The notes beneath the pieces are model-generated. The model ran no database searches. It was not told the DNA's origin and worked only from the letters and a program-made list of their open reading frames with translations. DNA of 62,153 nt, filler included. It is 4 parts of 4 records of this genome, joined end to end, with 100 filler letters (N's around TTAATTAATTAA, not from the genome) between each part and the next. Parts side by side here need not be neighbours in the genome. Positions count along the whole stretch, not along the records: positions 13,599 to 36,631 come from DRR378314_2095; 3 more parts are not named here. One strand, given 5' to 3'. This document shows positions 23,171 to 32,937 of this stretch, piece after piece. Numbering within the stretch: the first letter of the stretch is position 1; every line of letters begins with the position of its first letter. The position numbers and the translations under genes were made by a program.

Positions 23171-24199
23171 ATGAAAAAATGGATCTGGATAATTGCATCA
23201 GGAGTTACCGCACTAGCAGCGGTTAATGTCCAGGCGCAAGAACTCTCTGATATGCAGCAATGCCTGTTGGATGAAATGAATAATACCAAAGCGGACACTA
23301 CCATTGCCGATGTAAGGTCTAAATGCGAAGAGCAACTTCGCTCTGCTGACGATGAAGACATTGTAGAAGTGGATGCCGTCGAAGAGCCCGGCGCTTTAAC
23401 CAGCCGAATGAAAAGTGAACAGGTCACCCAATTTGACCCGTACGTTTTAACCCCGCATCGCCGTAATTACTTATTACCGGTTATTACCAGTAATAACATC
23501 AACCGCTTGCAGTACGCCGATATTGAAGGTTACCAGGACAATTTAGAAGACTACGAGGCAAAGTTCCAGCTCAGTTTCAAAGTGCCTTTTAACAAAGAAA
23601 GCTTGTTATTCGAAGACGACAAGTTGTTTTTTGGCTTAACCGTGCAGTCCTGGTGGCAAGTCTACTCCAGTGATATTTCTAAACCATTCCGGGAAACCAA
23701 TTACATGCCGGAGGTGTTTTATGCCACTTCAACCGGCTGGCATCCTTTTGGTACTAATACAGCGCTGGTTTTTGGTTTAGAGCATTTGTCCAACGGGCGC
23801 AGCCAGCCTTTGTCCCGTAGCTGGAACCGCGGTTATATGCAGTTTGTGGTGGAGAAAGGGCGCTTTGTTTTCTCACTGAAGCCCTGGTTACGTTTTCAGG
23901 AAGACCCAAAAACAGACCCTTTGCAATCCAGCGGTGATGACAACCCGGATATTACTGATTACGTGGGTGACTATGAATTCACCACCGCCTATAACGATGG
24001 TGATTTCGAATACATTCTCAGGCTTCGTCATGCCGTAAATACCGGAAGAGGGTCAGCCGAACTGAACTGGACTTTCCCTCTTGGTGGTAAGTTTATTGGC
24101 TATACCTCAATTTTCACCGGTTACGGAGAGAGCCTGATTGATTACAACCACAAACAGACTCGTTTTGGTATCGGTATAGCCCTAAACAACGTTCTATAA
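23171..24199 (+). CDS. pldA: Outer membrane phospholipase A
   Basis: KFQLSFK, FRETNY.PE, catalytic HxSNG (HLSNG), SRSWNR, GYGESLIDYN. Confidence 0.92.
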   Translation: MKKWIWIIASGVTALAAVNVQAQELSDMQQCLLDEMNNTKADTTIADVRSKCEEQLRSADDEDIVEVDAVEEPGALTSRMKSEQVTQFDPYVLTPHRRNYLLPVITSNNINRLQYADIEGYQDNLEDYEAKFQLSFKVPFNKESLLFEDDKLFFGLTVQSWWQVYSSDISKPFRETNYMPEVFYATSTGWHPFGTNTALVFGLEHLSNGRSQPLSRSWNRGYMQFVVEKGRFVFSLKPWLRFQEDPKTDPLQSSGDDNPDITDYVGDYEFTTAYNDGDFEYILRLRHAVNTGRGSAELNWTFPLGGKFIGYTSIFTGYGESLIDYNHKQTRFGIGIALNNVL

Positions 24200-24203
24200 G
24201 AGC

Positions 24204-26219
24204 TTAAAAGCTGTAGGCGGCTGACAACCATAAGCGTCGGCCGTCTTCAACATAGCCGTACTCTTCCACGCCAATTTCCTTATCGAATAAGTTGTAGACA
24301 CCTGCCGCCAGCTTTAAGTCACGCGTAACAAAGTAGTTCACACCCAAATCTGCCAGTGTGTAAGACGGCGCGACCAGAGAGCCCTGTGAAGGTCCGGTTG
24401 TCGGTTGACTCTCTTCACCGCGATAATGCACACGCAACCAGCTGTTCCAGCGCTTACTAGGCTTCCAGTTCAGTGAGGTTTGCACTAAGTGCTTAGGTAA
24501 CTGGTTCAATGGCTCACCTTTATATTCACCTGATTTCTGTTCAGAGTCGGTGTAAGTGTAGTTACCTTTCAGAGACCATTCCCGGCTGAAATGCGTACTT
24601 AAAGTCATTTCAATACCGCGAGTAACGGCTTCATCAACATTCACGCGTGTTGTGGGTAACGAACCAAACTGGTTAGGTCCCGCGTCACAGATAGTTTCAG
24701 GACAATTAACTCGCGTAATTTTGTCGTCAAACTGGTTATAAAACACGGTAATTGAGGTTGAGCTACGACGTCCCCAGTCGGTGTATAAACCCAACTCGTA
24801 GTTGGTCGATGTTTCAGCCTTCAAGTCGGGGTTCCCGTAAACGTTACCACCACGGCTTACCTGTCCCCATTCAGCTGTTGTTTCACGTAAACCTGGTGCC
24901 CGGAACCCCGTAGATACACCACCTTTTATTGTGGTTGCGTGGCTTAAAGTATACACACCGTATACGCGGGGGCTCCAGTGTCCACCAAAAATGTCGTCAT
25001 CATCGTAGCGAATACCTGTGGTCAGACTAAAGCTGTCAAATACAGGCCAGGCTGTTTCGGCAAATACCGACCACTGTGACCCATCCACCTTAGTCACATC
25101 GCTAATTTGGTTACTGGTTAAGTCTTCCAGCTCTTCTTTTTGGTACGCCACGCCAAGGTTCATAGAGCTTTCTTCAAGCAGCGGTACGTTCCAGTGACTC
25201 TGAAAATCGGTGTTTTTAATAGTCATGAGACGCGCTTTGTTTTCATACTCATCGCGCTTTAAATAACTGCGGGCGCCCACCAGGCCCCACTGGCCATTAT
25301 GAGCAATAGATACGCTGGTATTATCGTATTCGGTGGTTGATGACTCGGGGCATCCACGGCGACCACACTCCTCCCCCGGTGCCAGCGGCTCAATAGTTTT
25401 GCCGACAGAGGCGTCGATGCTTTGCTTAGCAGTACCCACCTCAAACAGAATTTCGTGATCCCGGTTCGGTGTGTAAGCCAGTTTTAAGTCCGCATCTTCT
25501 GCGGTTTTATCCCGGTAGCCAGAAACAATTTCATCTTCCAGGCGACGCGTATAACCGGCGGACAATTGAACTCCCAAAGTATCTTTAATTAACGAGCCCG
25601 AAGTAAACAAGTTGGTTTGGTAACTGTTTCCTGACTCTGAACGTTCGTGCAGGGTGCCATCAACGCGGATCTCGGAGCGCCATTCTTCCGGCGTTTTACG
25701 GGTAATAATATTGATAACGCCACCTATTGCGTCGGAACCATAAAGAGACGACATAGGGCCCCGAATAACCTCTATGCGGTCAATTGCCGCCAGTGGCGGC
25801 GTCCAGGCACCTTCAACGCCGGGGCCATCACTGTTTGGACGGGTTTCGCGTGAGCTCTGACGCTGGCCATCAACTAAAATTAGCGTGTAGTCTGCCCCCA
25901 TACCGCGCAGGCTAATGTCCTGCCGGTCACCGCCACCAGTCACGATAACACCCGGTACGTCGGTCATGGCGTCGGTTAAGTCTTTATAAAAACGCTGAGA
26001 AAGGTCTTTTCTGTCAATAACGGAGATTGAAGCCGGAGCTTCTTTAATGTGTTGCTCAACACCCGAAGCAGTCACAACCATAACTTCCATATCTTTGTGC
26101 TTATGATGCCTTCTTTCCGGCTTTTCCTGTTCCTGCGCCTGAGCAACGCCTACAGCTGATGCTACAGTTAATGCTAGAATGCTCAATTTTAAGCCGCTGA
26201 TACTGCAATTCATGTTCAT
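24204..26219 (-). CDS. TonB-dependent receptor, IrgA/CirA-like siderophore receptor
   Basis: MVVTASG, APASISVI, SRETRPNSDG, RGPMSSLYGSDAIGGVINIIT, C-terminal F. Confidence 0.92.
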   Translation of the reverse strand: MNMNCSISGLKLSILALTVASAVGVAQAQEQEKPERRHHKHKDMEVMVVTASGVEQHIKEAPASISVIDRKDLSQRFYKDLTDAMTDVPGVIVTGGGDRQDISLRGMGADYTLILVDGQRQSSRETRPNSDGPGVEGAWTPPLAAIDRIEVIRGPMSSLYGSDAIGGVINIITRKTPEEWRSEIRVDGTLHERSESGNSYQTNLFTSGSLIKDTLGVQLSAGYTRRLEDEIVSGYRDKTAEDADLKLAYTPNRDHEILFEVGTAKQSIDASVGKTIEPLAPGEECGRRGCPESSTTEYDNTSVSIAHNGQWGLVGARSYLKRDEYENKARLMTIKNTDFQSHWNVPLLEESSMNLGVAYQKEELEDLTSNQISDVTKVDGSQWSVFAETAWPVFDSFSLTTGIRYDDDDIFGGHWSPRVYGVYTLSHATTIKGGVSTGFRAPGLRETTAEWGQVSRGGNVYGNPDLKAETSTNYELGLYTDWGRRSSTSITVFYNQFDDKITRVNCPETICDAGPNQFGSLPTTRVNVDEAVTRGIEMTLSTHFSREWSLKGNYTYTDSEQKSGEYKGEPLNQLPKHLVQTSLNWKPSKRWNSWLRVHYRGEESQPTTGPSQGSLVAPSYTLADLGVNYFVTRDLKLAAGVYNLFDKEIGVEEYGYVEDGRRLWLSAAYSF

Positions 26220-26235
26220 CCCCTAATGAAATATA

Positions 26236-26254
26236 AATGCGAATTATTTTCATT
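26236..26254. promoter_or_regulatory. Fur box
   Basis: AATGCGAATTATTTTCATT versus AATGATAATNATTATCATT, between the receptor and LysR genes. Confidence 0.8.
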
Positions 26255-26326
26255 AGCGATTTTAACTGGTACTATGGAATCAGCAATTTCAAAAATATTG
26301 AAAGCTTCTTTAGCAGGACTTAACAC

Positions 26327-27184
26327 ATGAATCCGAAAATGATTCGATCATTAAAAGCCTTTACCCGTACGGTAGAACTCAACAGCATGAGTGCCGCTGC
26401 CAATGAACTGCATATGACAGTGTCCGCTATTAGCCAGCAGTTGCAGCGACTGGAAAACGACAACGGTATTTCGTTATTTCATCGCAACACACGTTCGCTT
26501 TCACTTACCGAAGCTGGTCAGGTTTTTTACCAATCGTGCCTCGATATGCTCGCTATTGCAGCGAAAAACCAGGAACGTTGGGATCAATTAACGAATCAGC
26601 CGCAAGGGCAAATAAAAATTATTGCGCCCGTGGGTTTTGGCGGCGGTTTGTTGAGCGAGCCCTTAAAGCAGCTGCAGCAAGAGTTTACTAACGTAAGCTT
26701 TCAGCTGCATATGACCGACGAGCCTATTGACCTCATTACCGCCGGGGCAGATCTGGCTATTCGCATTGGTCCGCTGGCCGATTCAACCTTATACGCCAGA
26801 CATTTAGCAGACTGGCACATGGTCCCTTGCATTGCTGCTGAGCATCCTGCGGCTGAGAACTCGATAAAAAGCTTTGATGATTTACCCGAAGGTTGTTTTA
26901 TTGGGCACATACCCAGCTTACCCAATAAGGATTTCCCCAAGCCAAAAGTGCTGCTGAACAACATGCAGACGGTCGTCCAGTTAACGCTTGATGGTGTTGG
27001 CTATGCGCTACTTCCGCAGCCGGAAATTAAGCATTATATTGAGAGTGGGCGTTTACTGCGTTTGTTGCCTGAATGGGAAGGCAGCCCGTACAGTGTTCAC
27101 GCGGTACTGCCAATTAAAGACAACATACCGGCGAAGACTGAACGGACGATTGAAGTGCTAAGCCATTTCTTTCATCGACTGTAA
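26327..27184 (+). CDS. LysR regulator (IrgB-like position)
   Basis: HTH SAISQQLQRLE...LFHRNTRSLSLTEAG; divergent from the IrgA-like receptor. Confidence 0.88.
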   Translation: MNPKMIRSLKAFTRTVELNSMSAAANELHMTVSAISQQLQRLENDNGISLFHRNTRSLSLTEAGQVFYQSCLDMLAIAAKNQERWDQLTNQPQGQIKIIAPVGFGGGLLSEPLKQLQQEFTNVSFQLHMTDEPIDLITAGADLAIRIGPLADSTLYARHLADWHMVPCIAAEHPAAENSIKSFDDLPEGCFIGHIPSLPNKDFPKPKVLLNNMQTVVQLTLDGVGYALLPQPEIKHYIESGRLLRLLPEWEGSPYSVHAVLPIKDNIPAKTERTIEVLSHFFHRL

Positions 27185-27814
27185 TGAATGTTCTACTTCA
27201 CTTTCGCCTGCCATTAGGTCAAAAGCTCTCATCTCAGTGCCGCTTTCATCCAGGCAGCGGCGCAGCACACTGGCAACATCCTCACGCGGAATAGAACCCG
27301 GTGCCAGCGATTCGCCAACAACCACTTTACCGGTTGCTTCTTCGTCGGTTAGCGCTCCCGGACGTACAATGGTCCAGTTGAGTTTCGTGCGCATTAACTC
27401 GCGGTCGGCGTAATGTTTGGCGGCATAATAAGGAAGCAGAGCGTCAGCCCAGTTCTCACGGTTATTCGACTGCCAGGCACTGACCATGACAAAACGTTTT
27501 ACGCCCACCGATTCCGCTGCTTCCATGGTTTTAACTGCGCCGTCTAAGTCGACTAACAAGGTTTTATCGTCACCAGAGCTTCCACCGGAGCCTGCGGTAA
27601 ATACCACAGCGTCAACGCCCTGAAGCAGTTCTTCCAGTTGTGAAACGGGGCCTTCTAAATCACCTAATTTGGTCGTAACGCCTCGGTCTTCCCAGGCTTT
27701 TTGCTGTTCTTCCTTGCGCACCACCGCAATCACTTCATGCGTTTTTGCGTGCTGCATCTGTTCAACTAAATGCTGACCAATTTTTCCATTTGCGCCTATA
27801 ACTGCTACTTTCAT
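27158..27814 (-). CDS. NAD(P)H-binding SDR-like oxidoreductase
   Basis: VIGANGKIG, FTAGSG, Y..AK, WTIVRPG, IPREDVA. Confidence 0.88.
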   Translation of the reverse strand: MKVAVIGANGKIGQHLVEQMQHAKTHEVIAVVRKEEQQKAWEDRGVTTKLGDLEGPVSQLEELLQGVDAVVFTAGSGGSSGDDKTLLVDLDGAVKTMEAAESVGVKRFVMVSAWQSNNRENWADALLPYYAAKHYADRELMRTKLNWTIVRPGALTDEEATGKVVVGESLAPGSIPREDVASVLRRCLDESGTEMRAFDLMAGESEVEHSLQSMKEMA

Positions 27815-27900
27815 TAACGACCTCCTTAAATATTTCGTTGTTTGAGCTTACGTAACAAAAGCTTAGTTTAGATCGCTCATTTACACCGATTTACAGGCAC

Positions 27901-27930
27901 AAAAAAAGGCAACCCGAGGGTTGCCCTTTT
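27901..27930 (-). terminator. Terminator of the cold-shock gene
   Basis: AAAAAAA-GGCAACCC-ga-GGGTTGCC-ctttt. Confidence 0.85.
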
Positions 27931-27948
27931 AGACTTCGAGGCGCGTAA

Positions 27949-28158
27949 TTACAGCGCTACGATGTTCTCAGCCTGAGGACCTTTAGGGCCTTGAGTTACT
28001 GCGAACTCAACGCGCTGGCCTTCAGTTAAGGTTTTGAAACCGTCGCTAGAAATAGCGCTGAAATGTGCGAAAACGTCTGCGCCGTTTTCACGTTCGATGA
28101 AACCGAAGCCTTTTGCTTCGTTAAACCATTTTACTGAACCAGTAATTTTCTCTGACAT
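27949..28158 (-). CDS. CspA-family cold-shock protein (69 aa)
   Basis: [13 protein letters not shown] (RNP1), DVFAHFSAI (RNP2); CAGGAAG RBS before MSEKITG. Confidence 0.96.
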   Translation of the reverse strand: MSEKITGSVKWFNEAKGFGFIERENGADVFAHFSAISSDGFKTLTEGQRVEFAVTQGPKGPQAENIVAL

Positions 28159-28369
28159 AATATATCTTCCTGTAACTTTTAAGTATGTGGCCATTTAGGC
28201 CGATGATGCGGGTAAAAATAAGAACTTAGAACTACAGGACGATGGTATTAATAATAATAGGTCAACGAAGTGGAGTCTTTTAACTAACTGTCTTTCTATC
28301 CGACACCGTGGAGTCTACGCTTATTCCACTGCGAGTCAAACTATTTACCAAGTTATTTTCATAATAAGT

Positions 28370-29758
28370 TTAAACATCGCTTTCACTGGCCCAGACAACA
28401 CGGTTGCGACCTTCTCGCTTAGCCTTGTACAGCGCCTGATCCGCTCTTCTGTAGAGACTGGAAACATCATCATCGGGGTGGCTTTCTGACGCACCGACAC
28501 TTACCGTCGGATTAATGACTTCACCCGAATCTAAGGTAACGACCGTTTCCTCAACCGCCGCCCGTACCCTCTCCAGTACTTGCGAGGCACTTTCATGGTC
28601 GGCATAAGCAAGCACCACCATAAACTCTTCGCCACCGACTCTAACCACACTGTCACTGCTACGAACTGCGGCTGACATAGCTTCAGAGCCTGCAATTAAT
28701 ACTTTGTCACCAATATCGTGGCCATAGGTGTCGTTAATGGTTTTAAAGTGGTCAAAGTCGATAACCGAAACGACAAAACCTCGCCCGCCATTTTGCCGGA
28801 CCAGGCTCTGCTCCAGTATTTCCATACCCGCTGAACGATTTTTTAACCCGGTTAGTGCATCGGTGTAGGCAATTAGTGCCATATCATCACGCTGGCGAAT
28901 TAAATCGGAGCGAATTTTCTGTTCCGCAATAACCGTTTCCAGTGCGGTGCCCATCATTCGCACCATTTCAACTTCCAGCTCGGTAAAAGGCTCTGTTCTT
29001 TTGCTTTTACGAGCAAAACCCAGAACTCCCCACACCTGGTCATTAATAATAAGTGGTGTACCTATATAAGTCTCCAGACCATAGGTTTGATAACTTGCGT
29101 GCTCTTTAAAGCGCGAATCTTTTGACGCGTCATTGGTATAAATTAAATGGTTAGCCTTAAGCACAACGGAACAGTAGGTGGTTGCCAGCGGCAGCTGCGT
29201 TCCTGCGGAAAAGTCCATTTTCGCCGTTTGCACCCACTCGATGGTATAAGTGTCGTTTTGAATGGAGCTGGCAGTTCCTATATCAACACCTAAGTATTCA
29301 ACGCCCACTTTTAACAGCTCATCAATAGAAGCCGGGTCAATGCGCCGTCCCCGCTTATGGATAACTTCATGAATCGTGCGCATAACATCAACCGACGCAT
29401 AATAGTCGCTGACATCTTCAATAAGCACATAGATACCAATGACGTTGTCTTGGTCGTCAATTTCAGGAAGGTAGCGAATATCTAAGAAGCTTTTGCGTCC
29501 ATTGCGAAAAGTGACAGAATCTGAAAACTCCATCTTCTCGCCGGTGGCAAAAATATGGTCATGATTGGGCTTTATACGTTGATAAGATTCTTCGCTAAGT
29601 ACATCGGTTAACGGTTTGCCCAGCATTTCCTGCGGGGTCAGGTTAAAGAACCCCGCATACGACGTATTTACATAGCGAAAAAGCCTGTCTCTGTCGACAT
29701 AAGCCACCATAGTGGGTAACTGTTCAATAATTCTATGGGTAATATGATGTTTTGTCAT
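28370..29758 (-). CDS. PAS-GAF-GGDEF diguanylate cyclase
   Basis: DALTGL.NR, DFDHFK.INDTYGH..GD, RSSD I-site, GGEEF active site. Confidence 0.92.
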   Translation of the reverse strand: MTKHHITHRIIEQLPTMVAYVDRDRLFRYVNTSYAGFFNLTPQEMLGKPLTDVLSEESYQRIKPNHDHIFATGEKMEFSDSVTFRNGRKSFLDIRYLPEIDDQDNVIGIYVLIEDVSDYYASVDVMRTIHEVIHKRGRRIDPASIDELLKVGVEYLGVDIGTASSIQNDTYTIEWVQTAKMDFSAGTQLPLATTYCSVVLKANHLIYTNDASKDSRFKEHASYQTYGLETYIGTPLIINDQVWGVLGFARKSKRTEPFTELEVEMVRMMGTALETVIAEQKIRSDLIRQRDDMALIAYTDALTGLKNRSAGMEILEQSLVRQNGGRGFVVSVIDFDHFKTINDTYGHDIGDKVLIAGSEAMSAAVRSSDSVVRVGGEEFMVVLAYADHESASQVLERVRAAVEETVVTLDSGEVINPTVSVGASESHPDDDVSSLYRRADQALYKAKREGRNRVVWASESDV

Positions 29759-29843
29759 AACGCCTCATCGCTTCTTTGCCCGACAGAGCGGCCTGCAATT
29801 AACAATTGTTACTATTATTAATAGTGTAGCAAGGACTCAGGAG

Positions 29844-30383
29844 TTAAACTGTCAAGATTGCTTTAAAAAATCCAGCACCTTTACGTCGGGCAAATTCAAT
29901 ATTGCGCTCAGGAATCGATTCAGGGTCGTCATAATCTCTCAGAGCCTCTTCAATACTAGCCTCTCGCAGGAGATGTAAAGTGGGATAAGGGGCTCGGTTG
30001 GTATAATTAGCCGGGTCGTCCTGGGGCTCGCCCTCAAAGCAGTAATCGGGATGAAAATGCGCCAGCTGGTAAACACCTTCGTAACCTTCCTCAACAAGCA
30101 AAGCATCGGCGACATCAACCAAATTTAGAAATTCGTAAAACCCTTCAAATCCCGACGGCAGAATAAACAGCGTGGTTTCGGTTTCAGGTGTGGTATTCAG
30201 GTGTTCAGCTTCATCCAGCAACTGCTGTAAAACAGCTTGTGGCTTGCGGTTCTCGGCTACACTATAGCGAATACTCTTGCGCTCAACTTCGCGGCGTGCA
30301 AAAGGACAGATGTTGTACTTTACAATCAGCTGTTGCACCCAGTGCCGGGTTTGCTCAATAATCTGATGGGTATCGGTCGTCAT
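29844..30383 (-). CDS. DUF1415-family protein
   Basis: NICPFA, ETTL, YQLAHFHPDYCF, NYTNRAPYPTLHLLRE. Confidence 0.85.
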   Translation of the reverse strand: MTTDTHQIIEQTRHWVQQLIVKYNICPFARREVERKSIRYSVAENRKPQAVLQQLLDEAEHLNTTPETETTLFILPSGFEGFYEFLNLVDVADALLVEEGYEGVYQLAHFHPDYCFEGEPQDDPANYTNRAPYPTLHLLREASIEEALRDYDDPESIPERNIEFARRKGAGFFKAILTV

Positions 30384-30419
30384 ATTTCTTGTCTTCGCTA
30401 AAAGGGGCGTCACTTTGCC

Positions 30420-30881
30420 ATGAAATCACTTGAACTCAAAATACCGCCGGTAGTGGTCGTTGCAATAGTCGCCGGCTTAATGTGGTTAACGGCTCACTAT
30501 ACGAAGGCCTTTAACCAATTTTATGTCGGCCAGCGCGCCGCAGCTATTTTTCTATTGGTATTAGGAGTCTTGCTGCCCTTGTTAGGCGTTATTGGGTTTC
30601 GCAGAGCACAAACTACGGTAGACCCCCGCGCTCCGAACAAAAGCACCGAACTTGTCACTACCGGAATATACCAACGAACGCGTAACCCCATGTATTTAGG
30701 CTTTTTCTTTTTGCTTATGGCCTGGGGCGTTTTTCTGGGAAGTGTCTTTTCTTTATGGGGGCTGGCGTTATATGTGGCCTATATGCACCGCTTTCAAATT
30801 CTGCCGGAAGAACGTATGTTAACCGAAACTTTTGGTGAAACTTACAAAAGCTATTGTCGTAGAACCGGGCGCTGGTGGTAA
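30420..30881 (+). CDS. Isoprenylcysteine carboxylmethyltransferase-family membrane protein
   Basis: LVTTGIY..TRNPMYLG, EE..L...FGE.Y..Y....RW. Confidence 0.88.
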   Translation: MKSLELKIPPVVVVAIVAGLMWLTAHYTKAFNQFYVGQRAAAIFLLVLGVLLPLLGVIGFRRAQTTVDPRAPNKSTELVTTGIYQRTRNPMYLGFFFLLMAWGVFLGSVFSLWGLALYVAYMHRFQILPEERMLTETFGETYKSYCRRTGRWW

Positions 30882-30890
30882 CTGGCAGCT

Positions 30891-31568
30891 TCAGAACAAC
30901 TGTCGGTGTTTTAAGCTGCGACCGAGTAAAATTAAGCCTGACAAACTAAACCATAACGCGATGGTAGCGGCAATAATATTCAGTAAGCTGTTAAAGTCGC
31001 GTTCACCACTGTAATCCATAAAGTGTAAACGAAACATCCAGTCACTTAGCCACCAACTATTATTGCGGTGATCAACCACTTCACCCGAAGCAGCGTCAAC
31101 ATAAACTCGTGTATGAATGTCATCGGTAAAAGTGACTCTGTAACCGGGCTTGTTCCAGTCAATAATTTCCTCACTGCCCGTTACAGCCTGTACTTCATTA
31201 ACTGAACCCGGTCCGTTATAGCTTTGCCGCGCCAGCTTCGCGGCCAGCGGCGCGGATGTTTGCCAGCGCTCGCCGGTCTGGGCATTCACATAATGTCTGG
31301 AGCCATCAACTGTCAGAACCAGGTACTGAGCCGTTTCGGAAATTGAGCGTATTTCCACACTTTTAATGTTATCGAAGCGCTCAATTAGGGCGTTTTCAGG
31401 GTAAAAAACAGGCCCGACCGGCGCTTTAGGAGCGCTTTGAAAGTAGTCATGAGCGGCCAGACTCTGGTGGCCCACCCAGCCGAAGTACAGGCCACTGACC
31501 AGCCAGATAAGCACTTGTATAAAAATAACCAGACTCAGCCAGCGATGCAGTTTACGCACATACCTCAT
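30891..31568 (-). CDS. PepSY-associated TM / PepSY domain protein
   Basis: HRWL..V..Q...W..SG, YVDA.SGE, LHFMDY. Confidence 0.82.
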   Translation of the reverse strand: MRYVRKLHRWLSLVIFIQVLIWLVSGLYFGWVGHQSLAAHDYFQSAPKAPVGPVFYPENALIERFDNIKSVEIRSISETAQYLVLTVDGSRHYVNAQTGERWQTSAPLAAKLARQSYNGPGSVNEVQAVTGSEEIIDWNKPGYRVTFTDDIHTRVYVDAASGEVVDHRNNSWWLSDWMFRLHFMDYSGERDFNSLLNIIAATIALWFSLSGLILLGRSLKHRQLF

Positions 31569-32281
31569 GCAGCTCGCCTGCTTTTTCTACGCGGCCGGAA
31601 ATGGAAGTAAAGCAGAGCCGTGCCAGTTATCACAAAAAGTATATTCGCTATGCTAAACGCCTTTAACCACCAGGTTTCAATATCCACTCGGTCTTGGTAA
31701 TCCATTATGTGAAGCATCCAGAAAAAGTCGAACAGTCGCCAGAAGTTATGTCGTTTGGTTACCAGCTCCCCGGTTGTCGCCGAGAAATATAAGGTAGCAC
31801 CGGCCAAATCATTAAAATCTACTCGCCATGCGGGTAACAAAGCTGGGTTAAGTTCACCAGGTGCCCGGTCTTCAATATAGCTAACCTGAGCTTTTGTCTC
31901 TTCGTTACCGGTGTAGTGTTGACGCGCAATATAGCCAATATCCATGCGATCAAGTGTGACCGGCTCCAAAGATTCGGCGTTCAGTAATTGCGTACCGGTT
32001 TGGCTTTCAACGCGATAAACCGTCTGCAACGAGCCCTTTACCCACTGGCGCATAAGACGCACCGAGGTGGCTTGCGGGTGTTGCTCTAATACCCAGCTTA
32101 CCGGCGAAGTTAACGCGTTATCAGCTATAGGTTGTTCAAGCTTTTTCACCAGATGGTCGCCGTGAATGAAGCTTAAATCAAAGAACACCATATAGGCGCC
32201 ACTAATGCTCCATACCACTAACTGCAGGCCAAAAAGAAGAGATAACCAGCGGTGCCAGATGCGCCATTGTCGTAATTTCAT
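31565..32281 (-). CDS. PepSY-associated TM / PepSY domain protein (paralog)
   Basis: HRWL....Q...W..SG, YFSATTGE, LHIMDY; 4-bp overlap with the downstream paralog. Confidence 0.82.
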   Translation of the reverse strand: MKLRQWRIWHRWLSLLFGLQLVVWSISGAYMVFFDLSFIHGDHLVKKLEQPIADNALTSPVSWVLEQHPQATSVRLMRQWVKGSLQTVYRVESQTGTQLLNAESLEPVTLDRMDIGYIARQHYTGNEETKAQVSYIEDRAPGELNPALLPAWRVDFNDLAGATLYFSATTGELVTKRHNFWRLFDFFWMLHIMDYQDRVDIETWWLKAFSIANILFVITGTALLYFHFRPRRKSRRAA

Positions 32282-32346
32282 CAGGGTTATCCGTGCCCGC
32301 TGCGTTTAAGTTAAGCCTCTAAAATTATCGACTTGCCCTGTAAAAG

Positions 32347-32937
32347 TCAAAGCAGTTCTTTCACTCTTTGCCTTAACTCCGGAATAACCTCAGTTTCAAA
32401 CCATGGGTTACGCTTCATCCAGATATTGTTTCGGGGGCTGGGGTGAGGTAATGGTAATAACTGCGGCCAGTAACTTCGCCAGTCTCTGACACGTTCGGTC
32501 AGGCTGCGCTTAGGTTCCTGCAAATGCCACTGTTGCGCGTACTGACCAATAGCCAGTGTTAATTCTAAATTGGGTAGCTGTTGCAGTATTTGCTCGCGCC
32601 AGGTTGGCGCGCATTCAGGGCGGGGAGGCAAGTCACCGGACTTACCGGTGCCCGGATAACAAAAACCCATAGGGATAATAGCCAGTTCTTCGGCATTGTA
32701 AAAAGTGTCTTTATCAATGCCCATCCACTGACGAAGCCTGTCGCCACTGGGGTCATCGAAAGGCTTACCGGAGGCATGGACGCGCTTCCCGGGGGCTTGT
32801 CCGGCAACTAGAATTCTGGCTTTAGGATGCAACTGAACAACGGGGCGGGCACCAAGCGGCAGCTCTGGTTCACATAAGGTACAGGCACGGACATCACGCA
32901 GAAGTTGTTGCCAATGCGGCGGCTCTTCCCATTTCAT
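32347..32937 (-). CDS. Uracil-DNA glycosylase superfamily protein (family-4-like)
   Basis: CTLC, GQAPG, PF.D.SG, FCYPG, C, HPSP motifs. Confidence 0.88.
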   Translation of the reverse strand: MKWEEPPHWQQLLRDVRACTLCEPELPLGARPVVQLHPKARILVAGQAPGKRVHASGKPFDDPSGDRLRQWMGIDKDTFYNAEELAIIPMGFCYPGTGKSGDLPPRPECAPTWREQILQQLPNLELTLAIGQYAQQWHLQEPKRSLTERVRDWRSYWPQLLPLPHPSPRNNIWMKRNPWFETEVIPELRQRVKELL

